The position numbers and the translations under genes were made by a program. 64,000 nucleotides of DNA, from assembly GCA_028534125.1 (NCBI GenBank), contig CM052841.1:57350001-57414000 (forward strand). The letters are read 5' to 3'. Source of the stretch: Lama glama. Its lineage: Eukaryota. The notes beneath the pieces were generated by a model. The model was not told the DNA's origin. It saw only the letters and a program-made list of their open reading frames with translations, and ran no database searches. Of the stretch, positions 1-14,039 are shown in pieces (the stretch's first letter is position 1; every line of letters starts with the position of its first letter).

Positions 1-739
1 ACGCCGTTTCCCTGGAAGCAGGGCCCCTGGGGGCACGACCAGCGCCTGGCTGGCTCTCACTGCTCCCCTGACCCCCAGGAGCAGGGGCGTCCTCTGCCAC
101 TGCTGAGGACCTGGCTCTTGGGCACAGTGTCTGTGTTTGGGGTAAGTTGGAGGCAGGAGAACAAAGAGAATCCTTCCTGCCAATGTGACTCTGACCTTGA
201 AAACCCAGAAAAAGGAAAGAGTTGGCTACTGGCTTCAGAGCGGGGCAGGCCTCCTGCAGGCAGGCATCGAGGAAGCCTTGGCTTTGTTAGTTCTTGCTGC
301 CGAATTTCTGCTTTTCTGTTTAGTAAAAGTCCTGGGGATCAGCGTCTATGGGCCGGCTCAGAATCTTGCCACTTGATGGAAGGTGGAGAGATGAGAGGAG
401 CACTGCTCTGACTTTAGCTGGGCTCCAGAAGATGCAGCGTATGAAGCAAAGATCAGATATTGATGTGAGAATCTGGTCACAGCCCTAGGGTCCCACTACA
501 GGTGTGCCCCACTGTGGGAGGGTGACCCAGGACCCAGAGCATTGTCCTGTCCCTGTTGGGGTCTTGGAGGGAGGCAGATAGCAATCAGGAGATCTGGGCA
601 CGGTGTCTTTGTTCATTTCCATGTCACACACAATGAGCCAGTCCCTACTGTGTGCCGGGTGCTGGGCATGTCTCTGGGAGATGTAGGGGGGGCCCCACTC
701 CATCGTGCCAGCTGCTGCACAGGCCGAGGCAGCGCCAGT

Positions 740-965
740 GTGGTGGACACTGGCAACCTGGAGGGTGTGTGTCCTGCTAAGGGGGCAGCAGCCACTGTGC
801 CATTTGGATTTATAAGAGAAGCCAGAAGTCTAGAATTTCTTGGTGACATTTTGAAATTTCGCATCTTTAAATGTTGGGACTTGATTCAAAACTTAAAAAT
901 GTCAAACACTGTGTGAGCTAAACAAAACATGAATGTTGACCAAATACAGCCCATATTCTTTAGTT
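740..965 (-). mobile_element. hAT-Charlie DNA transposon fossil (MER102-like)
   Basis: Reverse complement resembles MER102 (gaagccagaagtctagaattt, aaatgttgggacttgattcaaa, acactgtgtgagctaaacaaaacat). Confidence 0.6.
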
Positions 966-3939
966 AGAGATCTTTATCCTAAAGGTTGGATAAAACCCAG
1001 GTGGGCCGCAGAGAGTAGGAAGGGCCTCCTGGTAAGGGAGCCACCTGGGCGGAAGTGTGGCTGCGGGAATCTTGCAGGACCTTTTTTTAGGACTGTCAAG
1101 GGACTGGAGCCGCAGGACGGATGGGGCCACGCGCATTTGTGGAAGCCAGGCATGCCGTGCTGAGGGACTGGCCCTTGTGGACGCTGCCCTGAATGAGCAG
1201 ATATGTGGCAGACCAGACCAGGCCACTGTGAGCCTGCTCAGCTGTGTCCTCTGCCCCTGGCCAGGCGCTTCTGCCTGTCACTGTCACTTCTGCCTGGCAT
1301 TGTCACAGTGAATGAGAGGCTTTGGTCGGGGAAGAGCTGAGGGAGGAAAGGTTGTTAAGTATTTAAGAGAAAGCCCTGGGACACAGGGTAGCCTGATCTT
1401 CAGGGGGCTGTCTGCTGTGTGCCCCTGCATGCTGTGACCTCTCTTGGTCCTTTACGTTTGCTCTCCTGCTGGCTCTGTAGCTCCTTTGGGCACCAGAAAT
1501 TATAAATCTCCAGAAAGGGGCTCCCTCCCCCTCCCTGCCCCCTCCCCCTGCAGGGATCCTGCATTCTTCAGTTTGAACTTCTCTGGCCAAAGCCTGTCTG
1601 GGTGCCTTCCTGTTCAGGCATAACTTTTCTTGTTTTTCCACCCTGTCTGCCACTCCCTTCATATCCATTTTTGAGTTTCTTTCTAACTGATCACCAGCGA
1701 TTTGTCTAGTAAACTCTCACTGAGCACCTGCTGTGTGCAGGGCCTTGGGCCAGAGACACACAGGTGATTGAAGTCCAGTGTGGCCAGGGGCTGATGGAGT
1801 AGACAGACATGGACAGTGGTCTGTGCAAACCAGCACAGACAGTGAGGCAGCAGAGGGGGTCGGGACTGTCAGGGAAGGATGGGGTGACTCTGCGATCCCC
1901 AGATGCTCCTGTCTGAGTGTCTGAGGCCAGGGTCAGGGGTGTTCTTGGCTGGTTCCGAGTCCTCCTCCTCCTCCCACTCTGGCCCTGTCCTCTCTGAGTG
2001 TACAGGGCAGCTGGCGGCAGCTGGCCCAGGTGAGGCCCAGGCAGAAGAAATGAAGTGTAAGGCAGGCACTTGGCCTTCCCCAGGCTCATGAGGTCACGAG
2101 AGGAACAGGTGCCACCACTTGCCACATTCCTCACCAAATGTCCTCTCGTTCACTGAATTTTACTTTACTTTAAGGTCTTTTTTTTTTTTTAACGTAAAAG
2201 TAGTTAAAAACACAAGCATGGAATACCAAGTTCCAGCCACATGGGGAAGTGTAAAGCAAAAAGTGAAATGTTTCTTTCCACACGGCTGCCACCTCAGAAC
2301 CCCACCTCCCTGACCCTGCCACCAGCCACTGCTGACTGTTGGTCGGGGTTGGGGGAGGGTGTTTTCTTCGGCTTATAAAAAAGTGATCTATGTCTGTGTG
2401 CTTGAGAGCATGGTGTCTAGCTTAACTCCACCTCCTCGGCCTGTAGAGAAGGGGTGGGGGGAGGATGGCTGTGCTCCATCAGGTCGGGAGGCCCCTGCTG
2501 TCCACAGAGCCCTTCCCTCCCCGCTGCCTGGGGGTGGGCGGGGGTGGGTGGCTCCCCAGGTTGCTCTGTGGTTGGGGAGGGACGAGAGAGGGAATGGGCT
2601 TTTCTTAGCAGCTCCACCCAGACTCAGGTGGTGGCTGAGCGGGAAGGGGGTGGGCCGGATGGCTGTCTCTGGGGCCTTCGGGACTGAGTTGTTTCTGTTT
2701 TTGCTCACCTGTGCCCCGCCCTGGGGACAGGGACAGGAGTCAGCTCTGGTCCCAGCCTGGGGTGAGAGGTGCATGCATGTCTCCTCCTGGGGCTCTCATT
2801 TGACCTAGGGGGAAGGGGGGTGGCGGGAGCGGGGGCAGCCAGGCCCAGGGAGGAGTACTTGCCTAGCTCAGGAAAGCTCCGAAACTGAGATTCGAGGGCG
2901 CTTCTCGTGTGGTGGGGCCTGGAGTACCTCCCTCTCAGCGAGTGAGAGAGAAGATAGAAAAGCACTCTAAAGTCTGTGACATGCCGCACTGGCGCTGCTG
3001 CTGTTGGGAGTCGAATGTTTTCCTAGGTGGAGGCCCCGTGTGGATTGGGACACAGCTGGCGGAGGACGGGGCCCTGGGCAGGGCTGGGGGACACGTGGAG
3101 GAGATGTGCCTGCTCAGCCGAGTGCTGGCCCTGCCTGCCGCTGCTCTGGAGACCTTGAGCAAGGAACTTGGTCATCTGTAAAATAGGGTGAGGAGCCCTG
3201 CCCACCTCACAGGGCTCGTCTGAAGTCTGCCTGACAGCCTTTCAGCTTTGGGACCAGCAGAGTCCTGGCCAGCGTTAGGGATGACGAGGATGTCGAGGGT
3301 GACGAGGACAGGGACAAGGAGAACGAGTACTGAGGATTCACTTTGTGCCAGGCACGTGCTGAGTGCCTCCCATACCACCACCAGTGCCATCGCATCCAGG
3401 CCGCTGGCACCTCTCACCCGGACCCTGCAGCTGACCCCTAGGCTGGTCTCCGTCTCCGACTCAGCTCCCCTTTGGTCCATTCTCTGCCAGTGGCTGAAGC
3501 AGGCTTCAAACAGCACACTACCCAGTGGCGTCTCGTCCCTTCCTGTGGACCCTGCACAGGCAGCTCCTGCCGACCTCACTGATTTTACCTACCCAACTCG
3601 TCCCTGTCCCGCGCCCCTGCAGCGCCCCAGCCCCGGACCTTGGCCCTTGTTCCCTCTTCCTGGGTCACTCTTCACCCAGATTTCTGTGACCTCCCTCCAC
3701 GCTTCATCCAAAAACATTGTCAAACCCAGCCTTCTCATCCTCTCGAGCCAGGGCCCTGCTGTGGGTTCCCTTTTAGCACCTGAGTTCAGCTGCCACTACC
3801 ATACAGGTGTGCGCACTTCTCCCACACTGGACTCTAGGCCCCAGGGGAGCAGGCAGTTGGTGTCTTGTTCCCTGATGTGTCTCCAGCCCCCATAACAGGG
3901 TCTGATACAAGGTTGGTGAATGAACAAATCAACATATTT

Positions 3940-4075
3940 CATGTAGTCTCACCCCATGACATAGGCACGTTGCTATCTGCACTTCACAGATGAGGAAGGT
4001 AAGCTCAGAGAGATGGATTGACTCGCTCACGGTCACCTAGCTGCAGCAAGACAGAGCCGAGCTCTGAGCCCTGTC
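3940..4075 (-). mobile_element. MIR SINE
   Basis: ttcacagatgaggaaggtaagctcagagagatgg...ggtcacctagct = MIR core, antisense. Confidence 0.65.
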
Positions 4076-6709
4076 TCAGACAGTAGCAGCTCCCACCTTC
4101 CTGGAATCTAGGCAGGCTTGCCCTGCAGGAGAGGACAGAAGTGTGAGGGGGCTGAAAGCGGGGAGCGGGTGGGATTAGACCCTGGGAAGGGATGAAGGCG
4201 GGCCAAGGAGAAAGTGAGAAAACAAACTGGAGGGGTCTGAGAGGGCCGGGGCAGGGCGGGGACCTCAGCGCAGGTCAGGACAGGGAGCCCCAGGGAGAGA
4301 GCCCCCGGGCACCCTTGCTCCTGAGGCCGGTTCTGTTGCCTGTGTCCAAGCTCCCTGCCCTGGCTCTGTTCCTGGCATGATCTCCGCTTCCCAGAGGAGC
4401 TCAGGACTGGCCTGACTTCCCAGGGTGGAGAAGCACTTGGGGAGACAGAGCGAGTGTGTGTGTCTGTCCAGCCTTGCTGTTTGCGTTGTCGTCACATCTT
4501 AATCAGCCTATTTCTGGGAGCGATGACTTCATCTCCTGTGTTTCTCGACACAGCCATTGTCAGGCATCCATAGAAAGACTGGGCCTGGCACCATCCATGT
4601 TCTCTTAATGAGCTGGGTTGGGAGAGCCAGTTGGCAGACCCTAACCTGACCTGGTCGGGGGGCTTATAGTCAGGTCTGCCTCCAAGAGACTCCCCTTCTG
4701 GAGGTTAGCCTTAGATCTGGGCTCATTGACCCTGGCAAACCCAGTGCAGCAAATTGTAGCCAGCCAGGGCACATGCTGTGTTGTGGGCAAGGGGCGGTCA
4801 CACCCAGTCTCTGCCCTCAAGGGCTCCTACTGGCTGGAGGAGGCAGATGGGTCAGTGGCCTCTACATTAGAGGGGCTGTGGGTGGACAGGGAAGGGAGCA
4901 AGGACTCCACTGGGGCTCAAGGACAGCTCCACGGGGCTGGTGGTTGGGCCGCAGAATGAAGGTGATGGCTGGTGGAAGTTTCCCCCTGGAGAGGAGGGGC
5001 GGGGCTTGCTGGTAGGCCTGGTGGCTGTGTTGCTGTGTACTCGTGCTGTGTGTGTTGGCCTGGGGAGGGACAGAATAAAGGGCAGTGGGAAGGCAGGACT
5101 TGATCCTGAAGGTGACTGGGAGTGGGAAGGATTTTAAGAGGGTCAGAGCAGTGGTTTCGAAGCAGCTCCCTGCCCATGGGAAGGGGGCCTGGGAGGAGAA
5201 GGAAGAAGCTGGCAATTGAGACCCCGGCCCTGTCTTCCCTTCACCCTCCAGGGAACGGGTCTCCTCTCTGCCCCTCCCCCATGCTGCCAGGAGCTCCAGT
5301 CCCCAGCCCTGGAGGCTGCTGGACTAGGGACAAGGGGTGGTGGGAGGTGGTGGGGATAGGGATTTAGGGTGGTCTCTGAAAAATGGTTTGTCTGGGCTTG
5401 CACAGCTCTGGACGGCCCCTGAGCCTCGGTCCTGAGAGCACACCCCTACTCCAGGCTGATGGAAGCCTTGTCTGGAGGCAGGGGGATGGGCTGAGTGACC
5501 CCTGGCAGGATACGGTGCTGAGGGATAGGTGATAAGTTGTGTCACACTCATGACCAGGACGTGGAGGTAGGGGACCCCCACCCGGGAGTTCCCTGGGTCC
5601 CAGCACCGAGCAGCCTCTGAGCGAGCCCACCTGCCCTGCATCCACCACTTCCCAGCTCCGTAGCCTGGAGCAGCTTACTTAAACTGTCCAACTTCATTTT
5701 CCATCCCATTGTACCTGCCTGAGATATTTGTGAGGATTATTTGAATTTAAAGGGGGAAGAGCCTGGCAGAGTGTCCACACACAGGAGGTACCCTGTCTGC
5801 TTAGCTGGGCAGAGGTGGCTGTGGTGGTGGGGGCAGAGGGCAGTCATGCTCACCATCATTGTCAAGGCTCCTTTAGGTTTCTAAGGGCCAAAGTTGTTGG
5901 GGGGTGGGGGTGGGAGAGCTGGCTAGTGTGGAGGTGTGACGGGAGAGCCTTGTTGAAGGAGCAAAGAGGTATGAGTCCCAGTCTTCACCACTCCAGACCT
6001 CAGGCAAATCACATATCTCTCCCAGCTGCAATGTCAGGGGCCAAGGAAGGAGTGAGGAAGGGTCAGAGCTGGCAGGGGGCAGGTGAGGGGCTAACATTAT
6101 CTGTTAAGACTTCTGTTTCATTTCTTCCAATATTGAGAGTCAGCTAACTGCCCGCTTCTTGAGCAGACACCCAGCAGGGAAATGCTCTGAAAGGGGCCCT
6201 TCCCAAGCTGAAGATGGCCGCATCCTCCCACGGAGGATGGTCCAATCTCCCGTAACCTTGAATACCACCCATCTTCCTTCACGGGCCTTACTGTTCCAGC
6301 TGTTCAGCATTGTCTTTTTTTGGTAAGAGAATAGTTCAGCTCAGCAAAGATTTCCTGAGCATCCTTTGTCTTGGGTCTGTGTTGGGACCAGGGGATGCAG
6401 GGGTGGTTAAGATACCGACCCAACTACCAAGGGGGAGGAGGACTGTTGAATTGTCTCGTGTTTCAAGACGTAAATGTAAAAGCAGCGTCCGCGGGCTCTG
6501 TGTTCTAGGCTCTTCTTCTGCCTGCCTGTGGGGCTGCAGGCAAATTACAGGACCTCCGAACCTCAGCTGCTTCAGCTCAGAACCTGGGTCAGTCTCTGCT
6601 GATCCCTCCCAGCATGAAGGTGCTGTGATCGCTTTTGGATTATTAACTTCCTCTGTCCTCTCCAGGTAGAGAGGCCTGTGCTGAGTGTGGTCTGAGGGCA
6701 GAGCCAGAG

Positions 6710-6930
6710 GAGTGGACTCCAGGGTGGTAGACGGACCTGACCCAAGTTTGAAGTCAGTTCTGCAACTTAATATTGATGTGACTTTGAGCAAATTACTCCC
6801 TCAGTTTCTCTTTGGGACTGGGTTTTCTCAGCTGTAAAATGGGGACGATGATATGCCTGATGTGGTATGTCCTGGCCTTGAGGGAACTCAGCAGCCATAT
6901 TAAAGCTGCTCCAGTACAGTGCCTGCTCCG
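6710..6930 (+). mobile_element. MIR SINE
   Basis: gtgactttgagcaaattactccctcagtttctc...ctgtaaaatggggacgatgata. Confidence 0.7.
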
Positions 6931-7477
6931 TGCCAGACACACCCGCACGCCCCTCTCCCCTTCCCAGCTCCACGTATCAGATGGGAGCCAGTTAGTGGAG
7001 GTCTTCAGGCCTGCACTACCAGGAAAGGAGGCCCGGAGACAGTAAGTGGCAGCCTCGGGCCTGCGGCTGACCGAAGAGCATGAGGATGGGCCCCCCAAGC
7101 AATTCAGGTGGGGCGCGGGCCTCCGCAGAGAGCCCCCTGCAGTGGGCAGCAGGCATCAAATGATTTTCAACCCCTTTGACTGGAATATATACTAGTTTAG
7201 AATTCTGTCTTGCTTTATGAAAAAAAAAGTTTGCTAATGAAATTAATAGTGTAAACAAGATTTGGGGAGGGAGGGCGGCCAGGGGAGGGGGTTATTTGAG
7301 CACACTTCAAAGGACATCCTTCTCCAGCATCTTAGCCGCATCATTTGCATACGTAATGATTGTGCTAATTATAGGTGGCCTCATCTGTTAACAACAGGTT
7401 TGCCAGGCTGTGCTACATTATTGTAATCACCCAGTCAGAATTCTCTGGCATGCTTTTCACTAAAGATAAGAAGAACA

Positions 7478-7680
7478 GTAATAATAATGCCTGTCATTTT
7501 TTTGATCCCTTGCTATGTGCCAGGCATCCTACCAGGCTCTTGACCGTCATCATCTCATTTAATCTTCACAGCAGCTTTGTGTGCCAGAGATTCTTATCTC
7601 CTGTATACAGAGAAGTTAGGTAACCTCCCTGGGCTCACACAGCCGTGAGCTGTCAGTTGGGAAAAAGACCCAAGGTCTTG
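7478..7680 (-). mobile_element. MIR SINE
   Basis: taataatg...ctatgtgccaggc...atctcatttaatcttcacagcag...ctcacacagc. Confidence 0.7.
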
Positions 7681-7900
7681 CTAAGTTTCATGCTCCTTCT
7701 ACTCTGGGGGAGACTTGACATGCTCGCTCTTTATCTCGAAGATTTCTCTGTCTTATTTGGCCATCACAGAAAAACTCCCTTTCTGCCAAAGAGGAAGCTG
7801 AGACTCGAACAGGTTGTTGAGGGCGATGCAGGAGGCGAGCCCAGGATCCTTAATTTCTAGGGTAAAACCAGCCCCGCATCCCCACCCACCTGCCCACAGA

Positions 7901-7916
7901 GTGTGTGTGTGTGTGT
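7901..7916 (+). repeat. (GT)8 microsatellite
   Basis: gtgtgtgtgtgtgtgt. Confidence 0.9.
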
Positions 7917-8084
7917 TGGGGGGAGCCCCTCCTTCCTCCTCTGAGATCTTGAGGACAGGAGGGTGTCTCTAGCCTCTTGAAGTAGGGCTGGGCTTGGCCT
8001 TACGGTCAAAGAAAACTATGAAGCAGTAACCAGGTGGGAGGACGCCAGCAAGTCCTACATGGCGTTACATGCGTTGTCACTAAG

Positions 8085-8330
8085 TCGGAGGTTGCACATA
8101 GGTGGCTCGTGGCCACATGTAGCCCACAGGCCGGTTTCATTGGCTCTGGTAGGGCAGAAAGATTTTTTTTTTAATAATCTGTTCCTGATATTTAAGCAGT
8201 CCTAAAACATTCACCTTCAACATTCACCAGAAAAATCTGGATTTCTGGCTTTTCTTGAAAAAACAGCCCTGGCAGCATTGGGCCTATATTCCTGCAGGAT
8301 AAAGAACTGGCCTCTGCAGCTCACCCCAAG
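8085..8330 (+). mobile_element. hAT-Charlie DNA transposon fossil (MER102-like)
   Basis: aaaaatctggatttctggcttttcttgaaaaa...ctggcagcattgggcctatattcc resembles the MER102 consensus. Confidence 0.65.
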
Positions 8331-11029
8331 CTCCTTTACTCCCTGGAAGGCTCTGAGTTTGCTTAGCCTGCATTAGCTCTTTCCAGTGATTTTGGGAGGG
8401 GTGTATGGTGAGGAGATAGTGTTCCCATTCCATAGAGACGAGCCTGTGGCCCCACTGGACCACTCCATAAGACGTTGTCAGCTAGGCCTTTAACCTCCAT
8501 CTTCACTGTCCACCTTGTGTGGTTTTCACTCCACCTCACCACCTCCCAGCCATGTCTAACCCCCACTGTCCGCCAAGGCAAGAAAGAAACCTTTCACAGG
8601 CCTAATGACTCAAAAATAACCAACAGTGAGCCCAGGGAACTGTTCCTGTCTCCCCTCTCCTTTTCCACCCTCCCCGAGGCCAGAGGGGACATGGGAAGGA
8701 AACCTATTCATTTAAACTCAATTATTTTCTCGAAGACAGAACGGAACTGAATTGGGTCAGCGGCTATATTTGCTGTGCTCAGCTGTTTCCCCTGCAACAA
8801 CATCACCCACCGGCTGTGTTGCTGGGCTCTGTGCCGCTGGGCTCACCAATTAGAACTCCATATTGGTGGCCGTTCCTTGGCAGGCTTGACTCGGAAGGAG
8901 AGGAGCCCCCTCTGCCCATTTACCCCAGAGGCTGCTGGAGCGGGGTCCAGAATCACGTGCTCACCATGAACCCAGGCTGCCCGCCCCCAGCCTGCGGTAG
9001 ACGTGCTTCTGACAGTGGAGTTTCTGCTGATGAGCCCGCAAAGACGCGGAGAAATTAAGTGCTTGCTGGAAAGGCAGGCCTTGAGCCAGACACGACAGGG
9101 ACCTTACTGGCTAGGTTACTTGGAGCAGAGTACTTGACTGCTCTGCACTTCTGTCTCCTCGTCTTGTAAATGAGGCACAAGGACTTGACACACCCCCTGG
9201 GGCTGGGCTGTCGTGATGTAAACGTGACTCAGTATGCCAGGGGCCTGCCCCCGGTTAACCCGTCTGTCCACACTCATTCCCTTGCATGATGTGCCAGGCA
9301 CAGAGCTTGGTGGGGGACCCAGATCTCAAAAGGAGAATGTGCTAGGACACCCTCCTCTCCATGAAGCCTTTCCCGATACTTTGCACCCAAACTGGAACTG
9401 TTGTCCCTGCAGTCATTATAGGTCCTCTGATGGGCCAGCCCTGTGCTGGATACTTTTGCAGCTTCCTCTGGGCCCACAGCCTGTCAAGTGTGCTTGTACT
9501 GACACTCATGTCTGCATGCATCCCTCCCCCACTGGACTGCCAGCTTTTTGAGGGCAGAAGCTGTGTGTCTTGTTCACCTGCCTGTATCCTTCCTAGCTGT
9601 GTGGCCTTGGATTGGATGTTTCCCCATCTGTAAGATGGGACTAGCGATGCCTCCCTCTGGCACGTGTCGTGGAGAGGAGGCCAGTAGTGTCAGGCACGGC
9701 AGCAGCAGACTCTTGGAAAACATGTGGAGGGAATCAGATCAGACGCTTCCATTCCACTCTGTTGAAGCCGGGAATCTCTAAGAGCGGGGCTCCGGGGAAT
9801 TCTGGGAGGGGTTGTAATTGCTGTCTCGTTGCAGGATTGCTGTCTGTTTACGTGGGGAAATGAGGACAGGGAGGTGGTCTGTGGGCCTCCCCTCCCCTCC
9901 TCCGTCTTCTCTGCTGAGAAGGGCTGGGCCTTCCCTGAGGCCCAGCTGCTCTGGCTTCACAGTTTTCTCCAGCTGCCCAGGGCGCGGCTGGGATGAGTTA
10001 GGACCTAGCCAGACACCGCTGACCCCTGGGCCCCCAGGTTACAGTGCCTGGCATTGTACCTCCCCTCTTGGCAGAGTTGGAACCAGGAGGTGGAGCAGGG
10101 CCTCCTCACCGCATCCCCTTCTCCGGTTCCAGGGACTGGGGAGGGGGTGGATAAGGGAGGTTTGGCTTCCTGACCTTTCAGGGTTGTGGTGACATTAGGT
10201 GGCGTATGTGACTTGGGTAACAGGTCTGGTGTGGAGATGGCTGTGAGGGCAGGGCCCCACCCTGGTGGGGGGCCAGGACCTGGGGCCTGGGCAGTAGGTG
10301 GCCCAGTCAGAGACAGAAGCTGGGCTCTGGTGGGAGCACAGTGAGTAGCACTCAAGTCTCTGGGGAGGGGCTTAGGGGACAGGCTGCAAACTGACCAGCA
10401 CACTGTACAGCGGGCCGCAGTCATGGCCTCGTACACCGTGCCCCTCCCCCCTCCCTCGCCCGCCCTTTGATAGCACTCTCCCTGGAACACCGTGCTGGGC
10501 TCACCCGGGACTTGGCACCGTGACAACCAAGAAAGAGAAGTGCTGACCAAGTCTCATTGCTTGTTCGAGTAAATTTACCCTATTTTTCCAAGGAGGCATC
10601 ACATGGGGAGGAATTTACTCCCCCTAAATGCTTTGATGGAAACATCACGTTTTTTGAGTGAACATGTGTCAACATCACTATGGGGGGAAGGTTCCAGGAT
10701 TCTCTGTCTGCCAGCTGAAGTCATTACCACGAGATGCTGGTGGGGGGCCTGGCAGATGGGGGTCAGGGAAGGAGGTAGCCAGAGGGCAGGAGCCTGGCTG
10801 GCCTAATGGGAGGGGAGAGGGGGTTGGAGCTGGGGGGCTCTTGAGCAGATGGAGAGGAGGGAGGGAGTTAGGAAGCTGCAGGCTGATGATATATAGGAAC
10901 CCCCTGCCCCCAGCCCAATCACAGAACATGGAGCATGCAGAACTTGAGGGGTGGGGACAGGGAACAGAGGCTAGGGAATGGTGAGCAATGGAAGCTCAGG
11001 CCAGAAAGATAGGCCAGGGCCAGATTGTT

Positions 11030-11245
11030 GAGGGGACTGGAATCGCAGCTGCCACCAGTAACTAGCTGTGTGACCTTGGCAGTGTTTTCAACCTCTCTGT
11101 GCTTCAGCTCCATTGTAGTAAAAGTATCTCTGTGGATTCCCACAGCTGATGGCTTTTTGGAAGATTAAGCGAGATAATGTATGCAAAATACCTAGCACTG
11201 GGCCTGGCACATAGCAGGTGCCGGGGCACATTTGTCATTTGTTGG
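11030..11245 (+). mobile_element. MIR SINE, near full length
   Basis: actagctgtgtgaccttggcagt...aacctctctgtgcttcag...gattaagcgagataatgtatgcaaaatacctagcactgggcctggcacatag. Confidence 0.8.
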
Positions 11246-11859
11246 TGATGATGAAACCACACAAGCATAGATATGCTCACATAAATTAACAGCTGGGGCA
11301 CACTGAAACTGCTACCCAAAGCTGGCCCTCAGTCTAATACCAAGTTTGTTTCTCATCATCAGCTAAGTGCAGCGGGGGTCTCTTCAGAAGCCCTTGTCCA
11401 TGAACAGCCAGGCTCTGGGGCTGACTTTCTGCGGGGCCTCCTTCTCCCGTCCTGTCCTGTGCCTGCTTCTGTCCTGCAGACTCATCCTGAGGCGGTGGGT
11501 TATGGCAGCGCCCTCCTCTGGCTGAGGCAGCTCTGGGCAGGCCACAGAGGGCCGCCGGCCTGTACATAGCTTCTAGAAAGAAGAGGGCTGTGATCACAAG
11601 GAAGTTCTTCCCTCGTAGGTTGTGAGCATCTCTCTTTCCCAAGGGGATGTGCAAGCATTGCCTGGAAGTGTTCCTTGACAGCCTTGGTGCTGGCTCCCCT
11701 GTACCCCAGGAAATGGGAAGCTCCTTGAAGAAAGAGGTTTCGAGTCTCCCAGAGAGCCTGGCCCAGTTGGTGAGGCACCGTTAGATCCAGAAGATGATGA
11801 GACTTTTGGCCTCTGAATGTTTGGGAGAAGACTGACCTGCAGGACGTATCTGTCTATCA

Positions 11860-12150
11860 CGCATTTATTGAGTCCCAGGATCTGAAGAACCAGAGATGAA
11901 TAGACCCCAGGGAGGGCCTGACAGAACCCAAGCAGGACCCTGGGAGAAGAGTGGGGAGGCCAGGAATTCAGGAAGAGAGGGAGAGATCATGCAGCTTCCG
12001 TGCCTGGGGACACTGGGAAAGGCTTCCCTGAGGCGGGGCAGGTAAGCTGGGTCTTGAAATTGAATGAGAACTAGAAATCGGGGCAGGAGGGATGATCCAT
12101 GGGAGCAAAGGTGTGGCCATGAGAAAGGACAGGGACACACTGGGAAGAGT
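11860..12150 (-). mobile_element. L2 LINE 3' fragment
   Basis: gcatttattgagt...gggaaaggcttccctgaggcggggcaggtaagctgggtcttgaaattgaatgag. Confidence 0.6.
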
Positions 12151-14039
12151 AGAGGAGGAGGGCCTGTGGCTGGGTGGGGTGAAGGTGAAGAGTGTGCACT
12201 GGGTGAGTGGGGACTGATTCTGGAGGCCTGGTCACTGGGGGCACTGAAACCAAGAGTAACTGAGTTCAGGTGGCCTCTGAAATTCCAAGGGTGCTCACTG
12301 TGTATTTACTCCCTTTTACTGATGCTTCTGAAAGGAGCTTGCATGAGGCTGCGCAGCCCTTTGAGCCGAGGCTAGGAGAGGAGGAGGGAAGCAACTTATT
12401 CAAGGTCACACAGCTGGCAAGTATATCTTCTGACCCCTAGGGACAGGTTTTTTTTTTTTTTAAAGCTTGTGACTGCCTCCTGTGACAGCTGTTTTGCAGA
12501 GTGAGAGACTCTGTCATAGAGGCCTGTTTTGTTATAGCAAGATATTAGATCTGTGTGGATCAACCAGTGGGGATAGCTTCCTACCTGGGGGAAATCTAGG
12601 ATGGCTCCCAGGAGGAAGGGGTATTAGAATTGGAGAGGAGATAAGAGGTGACCAGTAAAAAGATACAAATAGCTGTCTGTGGTAAGGCACATCTACTTCC
12701 AGATGTGGCTGGGCCACCTTGTGCAAGTGATTGAGCTTCTCTGGACTTGATTTCTTCATTTGTAAGGTGGTTACAGTCTCTGCCTTAGCTGTTTATTGAC
12801 ATTATTGAGCTCAAGTGGGAGGCCTGCTTGGGGCTTACACCCTGGAGGAGTGCTCAGAATTGAGCACTGTCCCCTCCATCTCTGGTGCCTTGGATGCTCT
12901 GAGAGCCAGAGAGGCTTCTTCTGCCCCAGGGCCTCCCTTGGTGACTACAGCCTCACCTCTCCCCTGTTCTGAAATTTTATTAAGACATTGGATAGACCCA
13001 GATGAAGCTATGAGGGGAAACCTCACCTCAGAAGGAAGGGAACCAGCGTAAGTACACCTCTGGCTATGAGTCCTCTGGGCTTTAGGGGTGTGTGAGCAGA
13101 TGCAGATGGAGGGGGCAGGTATTGCTGGATTACCTGTGATCAGGATCACCTGTGCTGAGAACAGAGCCAAGCACAAGTGAGAACATATCAGGGGATGGAA
13201 TGAGTTACTTCCCAGGTTGGGGGTTTCTGTGGGGCCATAGTCAGAAGAGTCACCGGTTCTGCAGGTGCCCCAGCCAAAATCCTGCCTGCCTGCGCACTGT
13301 AGGTGCCTGACAATCCAGCACTTAATAGGAGCTCAGTTGTTGTTGAGAGTCGAGCAGGCTGAAACCACCAAGGACTGAACTGGGGCTTGTGATTGCCTCT
13401 AGATATAGAGGCCACAGAGTAGGCAGGACCCCAGGCAGGGGCTCTGTTCCCCCACCGGCTTGTTAATCCATATTTACATGGAGGGATTAGATTCCATAAT
13501 TCTATTGCATCAGAAAGTTAATGCAGCAGCCACCCTAGCGGAGGCTTTGATTAGCCCCTTTGGATGGTGACTATAGGGGAAGTAGATATGATTCCCTGTG
13601 TGTGACAGAGGCTCAGTGCTTGGAAAACTGTGACTTCTCTAGTGGGTGACCCCAGGCAAAAATGTTGAGTTAGCTGGGTGTGCCTTTCCCAGAGGGATTT
13701 TGGTTCAGTGAGGGCTGTGTCAGTTTCACCAGAGGCCAAAAGGTGGGGTGGCATTTGGGCTCATGGGTCCGATTGCCTGTCTTGTAGCATTCACAAACCC
13801 TGACAGTTCACCTAGCTCACCCCCTTGTCTCTTCCATCCAGCACTTCACCCTCCCCCTCGCCCTGCTGGCTCAGCCCAGGATATAGGAGACACCGCCCAG
13901 AGAGGGAACTTGAATCCGGGACTGCCACCTGGGAACCCAGTTCTTCCCAGCTAGGGGAACTGTCTGGTTGCCTGGCTGTTTAGTTCTGAGTCGGAGCCCC
14001 GCTTACCCTTGGCCCTTCTGTCCGGGTGACCTTGTCTGC

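Noticed and set aside
2800-2850. G-quadruplex-like G-runs here and at 24860-24885 and in the CpG island
   Set aside because: Ubiquitous in this GC-rich locus; nothing singles them out
740-8330. Two inverted MER102-like copies as the ends of a composite element
   Set aside because: Highly diverged independent fossils 7 kb apart with no transposase between them
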